A stretch of 64,000 nt of DNA from an uncultured Chloroflexota bacterium (GCA_903822495.1 CAIJPD010000059.1:7130-71129), one strand, 5' to 3'. Counted from the first letter of the stretch, positions 50,122 through 59,227 are shown. Notes: generated by a model not told the origin, from the letters alone. A program made the numbers and translations.

Positions 50122-53100
50122 ATGGACAGGCCGTACCAGGGGTTCTTGCCGGTCGCCCTGATCATCGCCCTGATCGCGGCGCTGCGTGTCTCCGTCGATC
50201 CCTCCGTCTTCTACGACCCGGGTTGGCTGATCCCGGTCACCAACACCCTGTTCGTGACCCTGACGTCGTTGGCCGTCGCCTACGTCGCCCTGCGTCACTT
50301 CACGGCGACGGGACGGAGCCAGATCCTCCTCCTGGGTTGCGCGACGCTGGTCTTCGGGCTCGCGGCCGCCTGTGCCGCATTCGCACGGGGTCTCCCGGAC
50401 GGCGCGAACCAGAACGTGACGATCTACAACACCGGCGCCCTGTCCGCGGCGCTCCTCTACGGGGTCTCCGCCATGGCCCTCCTGGCAGGGCGGTCCCCGA
50501 CGGTGGCGACGGCCCGGAGGGGACCCCTGGTCCTCGCCGGCTATGCGACGGCCCTGGCCTTCACGACGGTCCTCACCGTGGCCGCCCTTCTTGGCGCTAC
50601 CCCGCCCTTCTTCATCCAGGGAACCGGTCCGACACTGCTGCGGCAGGGCGTCCTCGGGGCCGCGGACGTGCTGTTCGTCTTCTCGGCGCTGATCTTCGTC
50701 GGCACGTCCTTCAGGACCCGGGAGCCGTTCCTGTACTGGTACGGCCTGGGCCTGGCCCTGACCGCCGTGAGCCTGTCCGCGTTCTTCATCCAGAGCTCGG
50801 TCGGCAGTCCGGTCGGATGGGCGGGAAGGGCCTCGCAGTACCTCGGCGGGCTGTACCTGCTGGTCGCCCTCGTGGCGGCCAGGTCGGCCGCGCACGAGCG
50901 GAAGGCGTCGCTCGACAGCGTCCTGACCTTCTCCCTGGACACCGCGGCGGGACGAGCCTCGGCAGCCGGAGAGGAGTCGGCGGACGCGGCTGGCCGGATG
51001 GACCGCGACTTGCGGCATGTCTACCTCGAGCAGTCCGCGGACGCCTTCTACGCGAAGGACGCCCAGGGCCGCTACCTGCTGTTCAACAGCGAGGCGGCCC
51101 GGGCCACCGGCAAACTGCCCCACGAGGTCATCGGCAGGGACGACACCTTCCTCTTCCCTGCCTCTCAAGCCGCGTCGATCATGGCCGGCGATCGGGAGGT
51201 GATGGAAGGCCGCCGCGTCGTGACCTACGAGGAGGTCCTGGAGACGGTCGCCGGAGCGACGACGTACCTGGCGACCAAGGGCCCGCTGTTCGACGACAAC
51301 GGGAAGGTCGTCGGGCTGTTCGGTTTCGCCCGCGACGTCACCGAGCAGAAGCGCGCGGAGGCGGCGCTGTACAAGAGCGAGGAGCGCTTCCGCTCAACCC
51401 TCGACCAGATGCTCGAGGGAGCGATGATCATCGGCTTCGACTGGCGGTACCTCTACGTCAACGATGTCGCAGCAAGCCACGGTCGCACCGTGCCTGACGA
51501 CATCATCGGCCGGTCGATGCCCGAGGTGTATCCGGGGATCGAGGGGAGCGAGGTCTTCGGTCGCTACCGAGAGGCCATGGAAGGGCGAGTGCCCCAGCGC
51601 TTTGACGCGCCATTCACGTTCGCCGACGGCACCACGAGCCACTACCACTTCAGCGTCGAGCCCGTCGCCGAGGGGATCTTCGTGTTCTCCGCCGACATCA
51701 CCGAGCGCAAGGCTGTCGAGGAGGCGCTCCGCGAGTCCGAGGAGCGATTCCGCGCGCTTGTGGAGTCGGCCAACGACGCCATCTTCATCTGGGACAGGGA
51801 GAGCCTGCGCTGCCTCGAGGCCAATCGGGCCGCCTGCAAGCGCCTGGGCTACACGCGGGCCGAGCTGCTGACAATGACCGTGGCCCAGATCAGCGCCCCG
51901 GAGCAGGCCGCGGCCATCGCGGCTCGCGCAGCTGAGATCGGGGAGCGAGCCTCGGCCCTCGTCGAGACGGTCCACCTGGCGCGGGACGGCACCCGGATCC
52001 CGGCAGAGGTGAGCACCACGGTCGCCAATCTCGGCGGCCGCCCGGTATTCCTCTCGATCGCGCGCGACGTCACCGAGCGCAAGCAGGCCGAGGCGGCGAG
52101 GGCCTCCCTCGAGGCCCAGCTCGCCCAGGCCGAGAAGATGGAGTCGGTGGGCCGCCTGGCCGGCGGCGTGGCCCACGACTTCAACAACATGCTGGGCGTG
52201 ATCCTGGGCAACGCCGAGCTCGCTCTCGAGGCGCTCGAACCTTCGCATCCCGTCCGTGCCGATCTCCTTGAGATCCAGGGCGCCGCGATGCGCTCCGCCG
52301 ACCTCACCCGCCAGCTGCTCGCCTTCGCCCGTCGCCAGACGGTGGCGCCCAGGCCCCTCGACCTCAACGAGGCCGTAAGCGGGATGCTCGACATGCTCCG
52401 GCGCCTCAACAGCGCCGGCGTCGAGCTCGCCTGGAGGCCGGGCGCCGGCCTGTGGCCGGTCCGGGTGGACCCGTCCCAGCTCGACCAGATCCTGACCAAT
52501 CTCGTGGTGAACGCGGGTGACGCGGTCGGCGACACCGGCAAGATCACGGTCGAGACCGGGAATGCCACGCTCGACGCGGAGTTCTCCGCCACCCTGTCGG
52601 GCGCCGTGCCCGGTGACTACGTGGGGCTGACCGTGCGCGACGACGGGGGCGGCATGGACGCCGAGACGATGAACCACCTCTTCGAGCCGTTCTTCACGAC
52701 CAAGGAGGCCGGCCGCGGGACAGGCCTCGGCCTGGCCACGGTGTACGGGATCGTCCAGCAGAACGGGGGCTTCATCGACGTCTCCAGCGAACCGGGAGCC
52801 GGGTCCGTGTTCCGGATCTGGCTGCCGCGCCACCGGGGTCCGGCGGCCGCGCCGGAGGCGCCCACGCAGCACGTTGCGCGCGGAGGCGGCGAGACGGTCC
52901 TGCTCGTCGAGGATGAGCCCGCGCTCCTGCGCCTGGCCACCGTGATGCTCGAACGGCTGGGCTATCAAGTGGTTGCCGCCGCCACCCCCGGCGAGGCATC
53001 CCGGCTGGCCAGGGAGCATCAGGGCCAGATCCACCTGCTGATGACCGATGTCGTCTTGCCCGGGATGAACGGCCGGGATCTCGCCCGGAACCTGCAGCCG

Positions 53101-53286
53101 CTCTACGCCGGCCTGCGCTGCCTGTTCATCTCGGGTTACACCGCCGACGTGATCGCCGACCACGGGCTCCTGGACGTGGGCGTCCACTTCCTCCAGAAGC
53201 CGTTCTCCGCGCGGAACCTGGCGGCCAGGGTTCGCGAGGCGCTCGACCACGACCCCGTGTCGCCCGACCCGGTGTCGGCGGGCTGA
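50122..53286 (+). CDS. Hybrid sensor histidine kinase (membrane sensor + 3 PAS + HisKA/HATPase + REC)
   Basis: About 7 TMs, three PAS/PAC, AHDFNNML, NAGDA, DDGGGM, FEPFFTTK, GTGLGL, LLVEDE...TDVVLP...KPF. Confidence 0.93.
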   Translation: MDRPYQGFLPVALIIALIAALRVSVDPSVFYDPGWLIPVTNTLFVTLTSLAVAYVALRHFTATGRSQILLLGCATLVFGLAAACAAFARGLPDGANQNVTIYNTGALSAALLYGVSAMALLAGRSPTVATARRGPLVLAGYATALAFTTVLTVAALLGATPPFFIQGTGPTLLRQGVLGAADVLFVFSALIFVGTSFRTREPFLYWYGLGLALTAVSLSAFFIQSSVGSPVGWAGRASQYLGGLYLLVALVAARSAAHERKASLDSVLTFSLDTAAGRASAAGEESADAAGRMDRDLRHVYLEQSADAFYAKDAQGRYLLFNSEAARATGKLPHEVIGRDDTFLFPASQAASIMAGDREVMEGRRVVTYEEVLETVAGATTYLATKGPLFDDNGKVVGLFGFARDVTEQKRAEAALYKSEERFRSTLDQMLEGAMIIGFDWRYLYVNDVAASHGRTVPDDIIGRSMPEVYPGIEGSEVFGRYREAMEGRVPQRFDAPFTFADGTTSHYHFSVEPVAEGIFVFSADITERKAVEEALRESEERFRALVESANDAIFIWDRESLRCLEANRAACKRLGYTRAELLTMTVAQISAPEQAAAIAARAAEIGERASALVETVHLARDGTRIPAEVSTTVANLGGRPVFLSIARDVTERKQAEAARASLEAQLAQAEKMESVGRLAGGVAHDFNNMLGVILGNAELALEALEPSHPVRADLLEIQGAAMRSADLTRQLLAFARRQTVAPRPLDLNEAVSGMLDMLRRLNSAGVELAWRPGAGLWPVRVDPSQLDQILTNLVVNAGDAVGDTGKITVETGNATLDAEFSATLSGAVPGDYVGLTVRDDGGGMDAETMNHLFEPFFTTKEAGRGTGLGLATVYGIVQQNGGFIDVSSEPGAGSVFRIWLPRHRGPAAAPEAPTQHVARGGGETVLLVEDEPALLRLATVMLERLGYQVVAAATPGEASRLAREHQGQIHLLMTDVVLPGMNGRDLARNLQPLYAGLRCLFISGYTADVIADHGLLDVGVHFLQKPFSARNLAARVREALDHDPVSPDPVSAG

Positions 53287-53372
53287 CCGGCCGCCGGGCT
53301 GACCGGCCGGCGGGCACGCATCTTCTCGCGCCGTCTCGCTCCCCGCGCCGTGAGCCGGCCGCGAACCGGGCG

Positions 53373-53590
53373 GCGGAGCGGCTGCGGGTGCTGGCGGACA
53401 CGTGGGTGCGCGTCGATGTCCCGGCAGCCAGGGCGGACCTGTCGCGCGCGATCTACGACGGCATCGTCGTCGGAGTCGGTCGGTCATCGCGGCTCGCCGG
53501 ACGCCGGCCGTCCATGCGAGCGGTCCGGTCCGGTCAGTTTGTGCTTGGGAAATGGCGCGCCCGGAGGGACTCGAACCCCCGACCCTCTGA
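53373..53590 (+). pseudogene. Probable C-terminal relic of a large serine recombinase reading into the tRNA antisense strand
   Basis: LRVLADTWVRVDVPAARADLSRAIYDGIVV in one frame, then SVIAARRTPAVHASG...EMARPEGLEPPTL* in another. Resemblance to recombinase tails is recalled, not searched. Confidence 0.45.
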
Positions 53591-53628
53591 TCCGAAGTCA
53601 GATGCTCTATCCGCTGAGCTACGGGCGC
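53553..53628 (-). tRNA. tRNA-Arg (anticodon UCG)
   Basis: 76 nt, acceptor GCGCCCG/CGGGCGC, D-arm AGCTCAGCGGATAGAGC, anticodon loop CT-TCG-GA, GGTTCGAGTCC, encoded CCA; TATGAT upstream. Confidence 0.97.
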
Positions 53629-53726
53629 GCGGCGCGGCCGATCATACCCCGCCCCGCGCCAAGCCAGCCGACGACCGCGTCGCCGTGAGAGACTCGCCGG
53701 GCGTCCCGCCACCGTCCGGAGGATCC

Positions 53727-54173
53727 ATGCGCCTGACCCGCCCCGCCGCCCTGCTTCTGCTCGTCGCCCTCGCCGCCGTGACCGGCTGCTCCTCGGCCGT
53801 GACCCAGGCTCCCGCCGCGGGCTCCGGCGCACCGTCCGCGACCCGCGTCACGGTCACGCTCTCGGACGCCCTGAAGATCGAGCCGGCCCAGATCAATATC
53901 CCCATGGGCGTCCCCGTGACCTTCGTGGTCACGAACAAGGGCACCATCGATCACGAGTTCTTCGTGGGGGGCGAGAAGGCGCAGGCCGTCCACGAGAAGG
54001 CCATGTCGGGCCAGATGGCGATGGTGATGGACGAGCCGACCGGCATCGGCGTCAAGCCCGGCCAGACCAAGGAGCTGACGCTCACCTTTGCCGACACCAC
54101 GCCCGTGTTTGGCGGTTGCCACATCCCGGGCCACTACCTGGCGGGCATGAAGGCGACGATCACCGTCCAGTAG
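53727..54173 (+). CDS. Cupredoxin (type-1 copper) lipoprotein
   Basis: Lipobox VTGC; ligands HEF and C-H-IPGH---GM; GGAGGA RBS. Confidence 0.88.
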   Translation: MRLTRPAALLLLVALAAVTGCSSAVTQAPAAGSGAPSATRVTVTLSDALKIEPAQINIPMGVPVTFVVTNKGTIDHEFFVGGEKAQAVHEKAMSGQMAMVMDEPTGIGVKPGQTKELTLTFADTTPVFGGCHIPGHYLAGMKATITVQ

Positions 54174-54309
54174 GTCGGATCGCCGCCCGGCCTCCACCGG
54201 TGCGGCCTGGCACCGCGACCGCCCGGATGCACGCGACGATCGCGCCGCCGCGAACCCGTTCGAGTGCGGCCGGCTTGCACGCCGGCACGCGAACCGTTAC
54301 ATATGTTCC

Positions 54310-55131
54310 GTGCCTGACCCAGTCCGCGTGCTGCGAACCCCAGTCGTGGCCGCCCTCCTGATCGCGCTCGTCGTGGTGCTGGGCGTCACGCCCGGCGTGA
54401 CCATCGCGCCGTCCCCGGTTGGCGATGTGCTGGGCGAGGTGAGCGGGCCGTTCGCCGACCAGGGCGGCACCGGCGATGTGATCGCCCCGGCTGCTCCCGC
54501 CGCCACCGCGGCCCACACCATCGACCCGCACCTCCTGGCGATCGAGCAGGACGAGCCGGCCAACGGCATCGTCCGCGCGCCGCACCAGCTGCGCGGCTAC
54601 GCCTGGCCCCTCTCCCAGGTCCGGATCACCCAGCCCTTTGGGCCCGCCAGGGGCGCCTCGGCGATCCTGGATGGGAAGGCGTTTCACGACGGAATCGACC
54701 TTGCGACGTTCTGCAGTGACCGTGTCCTGGCCGCGCACGACGGCGTGGTGCTGGCCGCGGGCCGCCGGTATGACGACTTCCTGGGCTGGAAGGGTGACCT
54801 GACGGCCTACTTCGATCGCCTGGACACGCTGGGCCTGTGGGGCACGCTGCCGATCGTGGTCGTCATCGACGACGGCAACGGCTACCGGAGCGTCTACGCC
54901 CACATGTACAAGCTCTCGGTCAAGGTGGGCGACATCCTCAAGGCCGGCGCCATGATCGGCTACGAGGGCGCCACCGGCCATGCGACCGGCTGCCACCTCC
55001 ACTACGGCCTCTTCAACCCCGACGCGACGGGCGTGATGGGGATCGACCCCGCCGTTTGGCAGAAGATGCTCCTGCCGGATTCGGAGGTCGCCCGGATCGA
55101 CCCGCAGCTGGTCTTCCCGAAGCTGCCGTAG
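54310..55131 (+). CDS. M23-family metallopeptidase, membrane-anchored
   Basis: HDGIDLA, YAHM, TGCHLHYG. Confidence 0.9.
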   Translation: MPDPVRVLRTPVVAALLIALVVVLGVTPGVTIAPSPVGDVLGEVSGPFADQGGTGDVIAPAAPAATAAHTIDPHLLAIEQDEPANGIVRAPHQLRGYAWPLSQVRITQPFGPARGASAILDGKAFHDGIDLATFCSDRVLAAHDGVVLAAGRRYDDFLGWKGDLTAYFDRLDTLGLWGTLPIVVVIDDGNGYRSVYAHMYKLSVKVGDILKAGAMIGYEGATGHATGCHLHYGLFNPDATGVMGIDPAVWQKMLLPDSEVARIDPQLVFPKLP

Positions 55132-55305
55132 CCACGGGGACCGTCCGGACGACGCGATCAGGTCGCGGGCGAGACTCGTGGTCGAGATTCGTGGGCACCC
55201 GAGCGTGGGCACTCGAGCGTGGTCGCGAACATGCGCGGGACGCACGAGCAGGGCACCGGCGCCGCGAGCCGAGTCGGGTGGCCGCGTCGGGTGGCCGATC
55301 CGACC

Positions 55306-55497
55306 GCCGATGTTCCCAGGGAGTACAACCTGACGTTGATTCCCGCGCCGGCAGGGGCAACCGGCCGGAATCCCCCGATCCTGTTCCCGGTCGATACCGA
55401 ATCCACGGAAACAGGGGGTCAACGGGGCGAATCTCGACCCCGAAGGCCGGTCGGTGGCGCGATTCTCGTCGGGTTGTATCCGGGGGGAACATTCGGC
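55306..55497. ncRNA. Candidate structured RNA of about 190 nt (6S-RNA-sized); MITE is the alternative
   Basis: 5' and 3' ends pair over about 60 nt in several helices, enclosing two internal hairpins; strand unresolved. Confidence 0.45.
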
Positions 55498-55499
55498 AT

Positions 55500-55556
55500 G
55501 ACGCCCCGTTCGGCGTCCCGACTGGCGCCGCGTTTGGCGTCCTGACTGACGCCCCG
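55500..55556. repeat. Imperfect tandem of 24-bp hairpin units (2.4 copies)
   Basis: GACGCCCCGTTCGGCGTCCCGACT / GGCGCCGCGTTTGGCGTCCTGACT (20/24 identical), each with a 6-bp stem. Confidence 0.7.
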
Positions 55557-55644
55557 CCGTGCGCGTCTTGCGGCGCGCGTCTTGCGGGCGGGTCCCGGGT
55601 GGGCATGAGCGTGGGCGTCGAGCGGCCCCGGCGTCGAGCGGCCG

Positions 55645-57066
55645 CTACTCCCGGACGCGCCGGTAGCGCCGCCCGATCAGCGCGAACGCGGGGAGCCGCC
55701 CCAGCGACGCGCTGAGCCGCAGGTCCGTGGTCCCGTCCCGGGCCTCCAGCGCCAGCAGCGCATTCATCGCGGCATCGTCCGGGGGGCGCGCGTCCACGAC
55801 CGCCAGGTCGATGGCCACGCGGCCCGGCTCCGCCTCGCCGAGGGTCGCGACGGCCGCCGCGGGCCACTCGCCCTCCTCGAACTCCACGCGGACCTCCCGC
55901 TCGGCGTGCCAGCGCGGCTGGCGGAGCAGGATCCCGCGCCAGGCGTCCGCCACCGCTGGCGTCACCAGCCCGCTCCCGGGTGCCGGCTCCCCGCCACCGC
56001 CCCACAGCCGCTCGCCGCGCGCCCAGAGCGCGGCCTGGTGGAGGAGCGAGTACTCGTCGAGGTCCGCGTAGTCCGACAGCCGCTCCGCCGGGGATCCCTC
56101 CCCGAAGACCGCCCGCACGGAGGGCCCAAACACCTCGGCCAGGTCCAGGTCGATCGCCCGGACCGTCCGGTGGAAGTAGACCTGCTGGTACATGAACAGG
56201 CGCGTGGCCAGGAACATGGCCAGCGCGCCGATGGCCGGCTCGTAGAGCGTCAGGCCGCGCTCGGAGATGAACGCGTAGCGCCGGAGCCGCTCCACGTCGA
56301 TGGGCCCCGCGGCGACCCCGATGAAGTAGGCGTCGCGTCGGACGTAGTCGAGGTTGTCCACCGTGAAGACGCCCGACAGGAGCGGTTGCAGCCAGCGCAC
56401 CCAGCGCGGCATCGCCGGGTCGTCGAGGGCCGGCTTTGAGACCAGGTACGAGACCCAGCGGGGGTCGATGGCCTCGCCGTCGGCCAGGGCGTCCCGCTCG
56501 GGCACGGCGCCCGGCGCCCGGCGCAGCCCGCGAATGAGGGTCCCCAGCTCCCGCTCGATGATCAGCTGGCTCAGGTCCTCGTGGCTGAGGGTCTTGCCGG
56601 CGGACCGCCGCGCGTCGGTCGGCGCCGGGAAGTCCGCCAGGACGTGGTCGTCGAAGAAGTGCGCGAACGGCCCATGGCCCACGTCGTGGAGGAGGCCGGC
56701 GACCCGGAGCGTCTCCACGACCAGCCCCTCGGACGGGCCGGGCTCGGTCGGGGCCGCGGCAGCCAGGGTCGTGCGGAGGCTTGGGTAGAGGGCGCGCGCC
56801 CAGAGCCCGGCCTCGTGCATGACGCCCAGGCCGTGGGTGAAGCGCGAGTGCTCCGCGGTGGGGAAGACCCAGCGCGCACTCTGGAGCTGGCTGATCCGGC
56901 GCAGCCGCTGGAGCCAGGCGGTGTCGAGCAGATCCTCCTCGGCGACGTCCTCGCTGGGCAGGCCGGCCGCCCCGGCCTCATCCGCGGTCAGCCGCTTGGT
57001 CAGCTCGACGTACCCGTGGATGGGGTCGCTGATCAGGTTGACCGCGGAGAACTGGTGGCGGGCCAC
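55645..57066 (-). CDS. HD-superfamily phosphohydrolase, dNTP triphosphohydrolase (SAMHD1/YwfO)-like
   Basis: DPIHGY, QRLRRISQL, EHSRFTHGLGV, LLHDVGHGPFAH, VDNLDYVRRD, R-FMYQQVYFH. Confidence 0.9.
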   Translation of the reverse strand: MARHQFSAVNLISDPIHGYVELTKRLTADEAGAAGLPSEDVAEEDLLDTAWLQRLRRISQLQSARWVFPTAEHSRFTHGLGVMHEAGLWARALYPSLRTTLAAAAPTEPGPSEGLVVETLRVAGLLHDVGHGPFAHFFDDHVLADFPAPTDARRSAGKTLSHEDLSQLIIERELGTLIRGLRRAPGAVPERDALADGEAIDPRWVSYLVSKPALDDPAMPRWVRWLQPLLSGVFTVDNLDYVRRDAYFIGVAAGPIDVERLRRYAFISERGLTLYEPAIGALAMFLATRLFMYQQVYFHRTVRAIDLDLAEVFGPSVRAVFGEGSPAERLSDYADLDEYSLLHQAALWARGERLWGGGGEPAPGSGLVTPAVADAWRGILLRQPRWHAEREVRVEFEEGEWPAAAVATLGEAEPGRVAIDLAVVDARPPDDAAMNALLALEARDGTTDLRLSASLGRLPAFALIGRRYRRVRE

Positions 57067-57079
57067 GGTTGGGCCGCGC

Positions 57080-57931
57080 CTAGCCCTGGGCCTGGAGGAA
57101 GTCCACCAGCGCGGGCACCGACAGGTCGGTGTGGGACCAGAAGTAGCCGTGCGCCGCGCCGGGCACCTCGACGTAGCGGTTGTTGGGCAGCTGCGTGGCC
57201 AGGTAGCGCGACTGGTCCAGGTGGGAGCCCGTCCCGCCGGCGTGGGTGTCCCGGTCGCCGACGATGATCAGGGTGGGCTGCGTCAGCTCGGCCAGGCGAT
57301 CGGCCGTCCGGTGTCCCTGGCGTGCGGAGACGTGCTTGAGGTACTCGTGGAGGTCGGGCCGCCCGTTCCAGTAGGCCGCGACCAGCCAGTCCACCGTGTC
57401 CTGGTGGCCCGCGATGTACTCCGGCGTGAAGAAGGTGCTGCCGATCTGGTAGGTCATGTAGCCCTGGTAGCCGCGCTCGATCAGCTCCTGGGCCGCGGCC
57501 GGCGGGATCCCGGTGGTGGGCGCGACGCCGGGCCGGTACTCGCCCGGGCCGCTGGCGGCCAGGACCAGGGAGCGGACCTGTGCGGGATGATCCAGCGCGA
57601 CCCACTGGGCGACCCGGCCGCCCATCGAGTGGCCCAGCACGTGGGCGGGACCCATGCCCAGCTGGTCGATCAGCCGCGCCACGTCGGCCGCGAACAGCCG
57701 GGTGGTGTAGTCGCCCGCCACGCCGGGGGTCTGGCCGGTCCCGCGGTAGTCAAACGTGACGACGCTGAAGTGCCTGGCGAGCGGGTCCACCATCCAGTCG
57801 GGCCACGTGCCGCCGTTGTAGCCGGTCCCCGCGCACAGGAGCAGCGGCGGGCCGTCCCCCCGCACGCGGTGGGACATGGCCACGGTGGCAGGCGCCTGCG
57901 ACGCGGGCGCCTTGGCGGCGGGCTGACTCAT
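57080..57931 (-). CDS. Alpha/beta-fold hydrolase
   Basis: FDYRGTG, GHSMGG nucleophile, GDRD, GAAHG; start overlaps the WYL gene stop (ATGA). Confidence 0.9.
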   Translation of the reverse strand: MSQPAAKAPASQAPATVAMSHRVRGDGPPLLLCAGTGYNGGTWPDWMVDPLARHFSVVTFDYRGTGQTPGVAGDYTTRLFAADVARLIDQLGMGPAHVLGHSMGGRVAQWVALDHPAQVRSLVLAASGPGEYRPGVAPTTGIPPAAAQELIERGYQGYMTYQIGSTFFTPEYIAGHQDTVDWLVAAYWNGRPDLHEYLKHVSARQGHRTADRLAELTQPTLIIVGDRDTHAGGTGSHLDQSRYLATQLPNNRYVEVPGAAHGYFWSHTDLSVPALVDFLQAQG

Positions 57932-58944
57932 GGGGTCTCCTTGAAGTTCGGGTAGCGGGCGAGCGCTTGCTCGAGCGTAGCGCGCACGTCGGCGCGCAAC
58001 TGGGCGGGTTCGAGCACCTCCACGTCGGCGCCCCAGCCCAGGATCCAGACGCGGATCTCGAAGGTCCCCGACACGGTGGCCCGCCAGAGCAGCGAGCCGT
58101 CGGTCGCCGTCTCCAGGCGCTGGCTGGCGTGCCAGTTGGTCTCGCCGACGCGCTCCGCCACGGCCGGCGAGAAGCGGAGGACCACCTCCACCGGGGGCTG
58201 GTCCGCGATGATGTCCCATGCCCCGCGGAGCGCCGCGGCGGTGTCCTCGGCGTCGGGTGGCGCGAACGTCCGGGGCGTGAGAGCCGCATCACGGATGCGC
58301 TCGATCTTGAAGGTCCGCAGCCCCTGGCGCGTCTCGTCCCAGCCGATCAGGTAGAGCGCGTGCGTCTGGAGCGACGGCTCGATCAGGTATGGCCGAACCT
58401 CGGCCTTGCGGGGACCCGCGCCCTTGGCGTACGCGGCGGGCCGGTAGTCGATCGTGACGACACGCCGCTCCGCCCAGCCGCGCGTCAGGATCGCCACGTT
58501 GGCGTTGAACCGCTCATCCCGCGGTGCCTGCGAGAGGACGGCGAGGGTTCGTTCGACGTGGTCCCGCAGGGAGTCCGGCAGCACGGCCTCCAGCTTCTCG
58601 AACGCCGACGCCAGGGACGGGTTGTACTTGTCGGCGTAGCGGACCATCAGCCGCGCCGAGAGCACCACCGCCATCGCCTCCGCGGTGGTCAGCTTGAGCG
58701 GCGGGAGGAAGGCCTTGGCGTCGTCGATGCCCCACCGGCCGTCGAGGGCCCACGTGGGCACGCCCAGGGCGCTCTCGATGGCCTTGAGGTCGCGGTAGAC
58801 CGTCCGCACCGAGACGCCGACGCGCCTGGCGACCTCGGTCGGCGCCAGGCCTTCCGGGTTGGCCTGGAGCACGTGCATGATCCGGTTGAGCCGGGCCGTC
58901 CGATCCTGCTTGGCGCTGACCCGGTCCGCGAAGCCGTCCTCCAC
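57928..58944 (-). CDS. HTH-WYL-WCX transcriptional regulator (PafB/C-, DriD-like architecture)
   Basis: HTH GVSVRTVYRDL; WYL V-PY-I...LYLIGWD...RTFKIERI; WCX ILGWGADVEVLEP; AAGGAG RBS and TATCCT upstream. Confidence 0.93.
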   Translation of the reverse strand: MEDGFADRVSAKQDRTARLNRIMHVLQANPEGLAPTEVARRVGVSVRTVYRDLKAIESALGVPTWALDGRWGIDDAKAFLPPLKLTTAEAMAVVLSARLMVRYADKYNPSLASAFEKLEAVLPDSLRDHVERTLAVLSQAPRDERFNANVAILTRGWAERRVVTIDYRPAAYAKGAGPRKAEVRPYLIEPSLQTHALYLIGWDETRQGLRTFKIERIRDAALTPRTFAPPDAEDTAAALRGAWDIIADQPPVEVVLRFSPAVAERVGETNWHASQRLETATDGSLLWRATVSGTFEIRVWILGWGADVEVLEPAQLRADVRATLEQALARYPNFKETP

Positions 58945-59227
58945 GTGCACCTCCTTGCCGAGAGGATACGCGGCCGTCGCGCGTCGTTTGGGATTCCCGG
59001 GACATTGGCCGCGGAAGTACCAGTCGGGGTAGTACTGTCGGGTCATCCCCGCGATCCGGCCGCCGGACCATGATGACCGCAGGTCCGGAGCGGTTGGGGG
59101 CATAAGCCCTGAAGACCGACCGGATCAAGCCTCGACGAATATCCCCCCGGGTCGGCGAGCCCCTCCTCCCGCCAGCCCGGACGCTCTCCAGAGCGGCGCC
59201 CACCTCCTCCGGGCGTCGCTTTGGCGC

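Larger units (their letters stand above)
36799..53552. mobile_element. Putative decayed integrative element of about 16.7 kb at tRNA-Arg(UCG)
   Basis: Bounded by the tRNA fragment and the intact tRNA; recombinase-like relic at the tRNA end; accessory cargo and gene relics; no intact integrase. Confidence 0.55.

Noticed and set aside
55323-55479. Integron attC site (GTACAAC...GTTGTAT)
   Set aside because: Core sites deviate from RYYYAAC/GTTRRRY, the span is longer than typical attC sites, and there is no integron integrase or cassette array.
59100-59200. Glycine-riboswitch-like words (CTCTGGAGAG...CGCCGA...TTCAGG) on the minus strand upstream of the WYL gene
   Set aside because: The conserved GAAGG core is missing, the downstream genes are unrelated to glycine, and a -10 box lies much closer to the gene.
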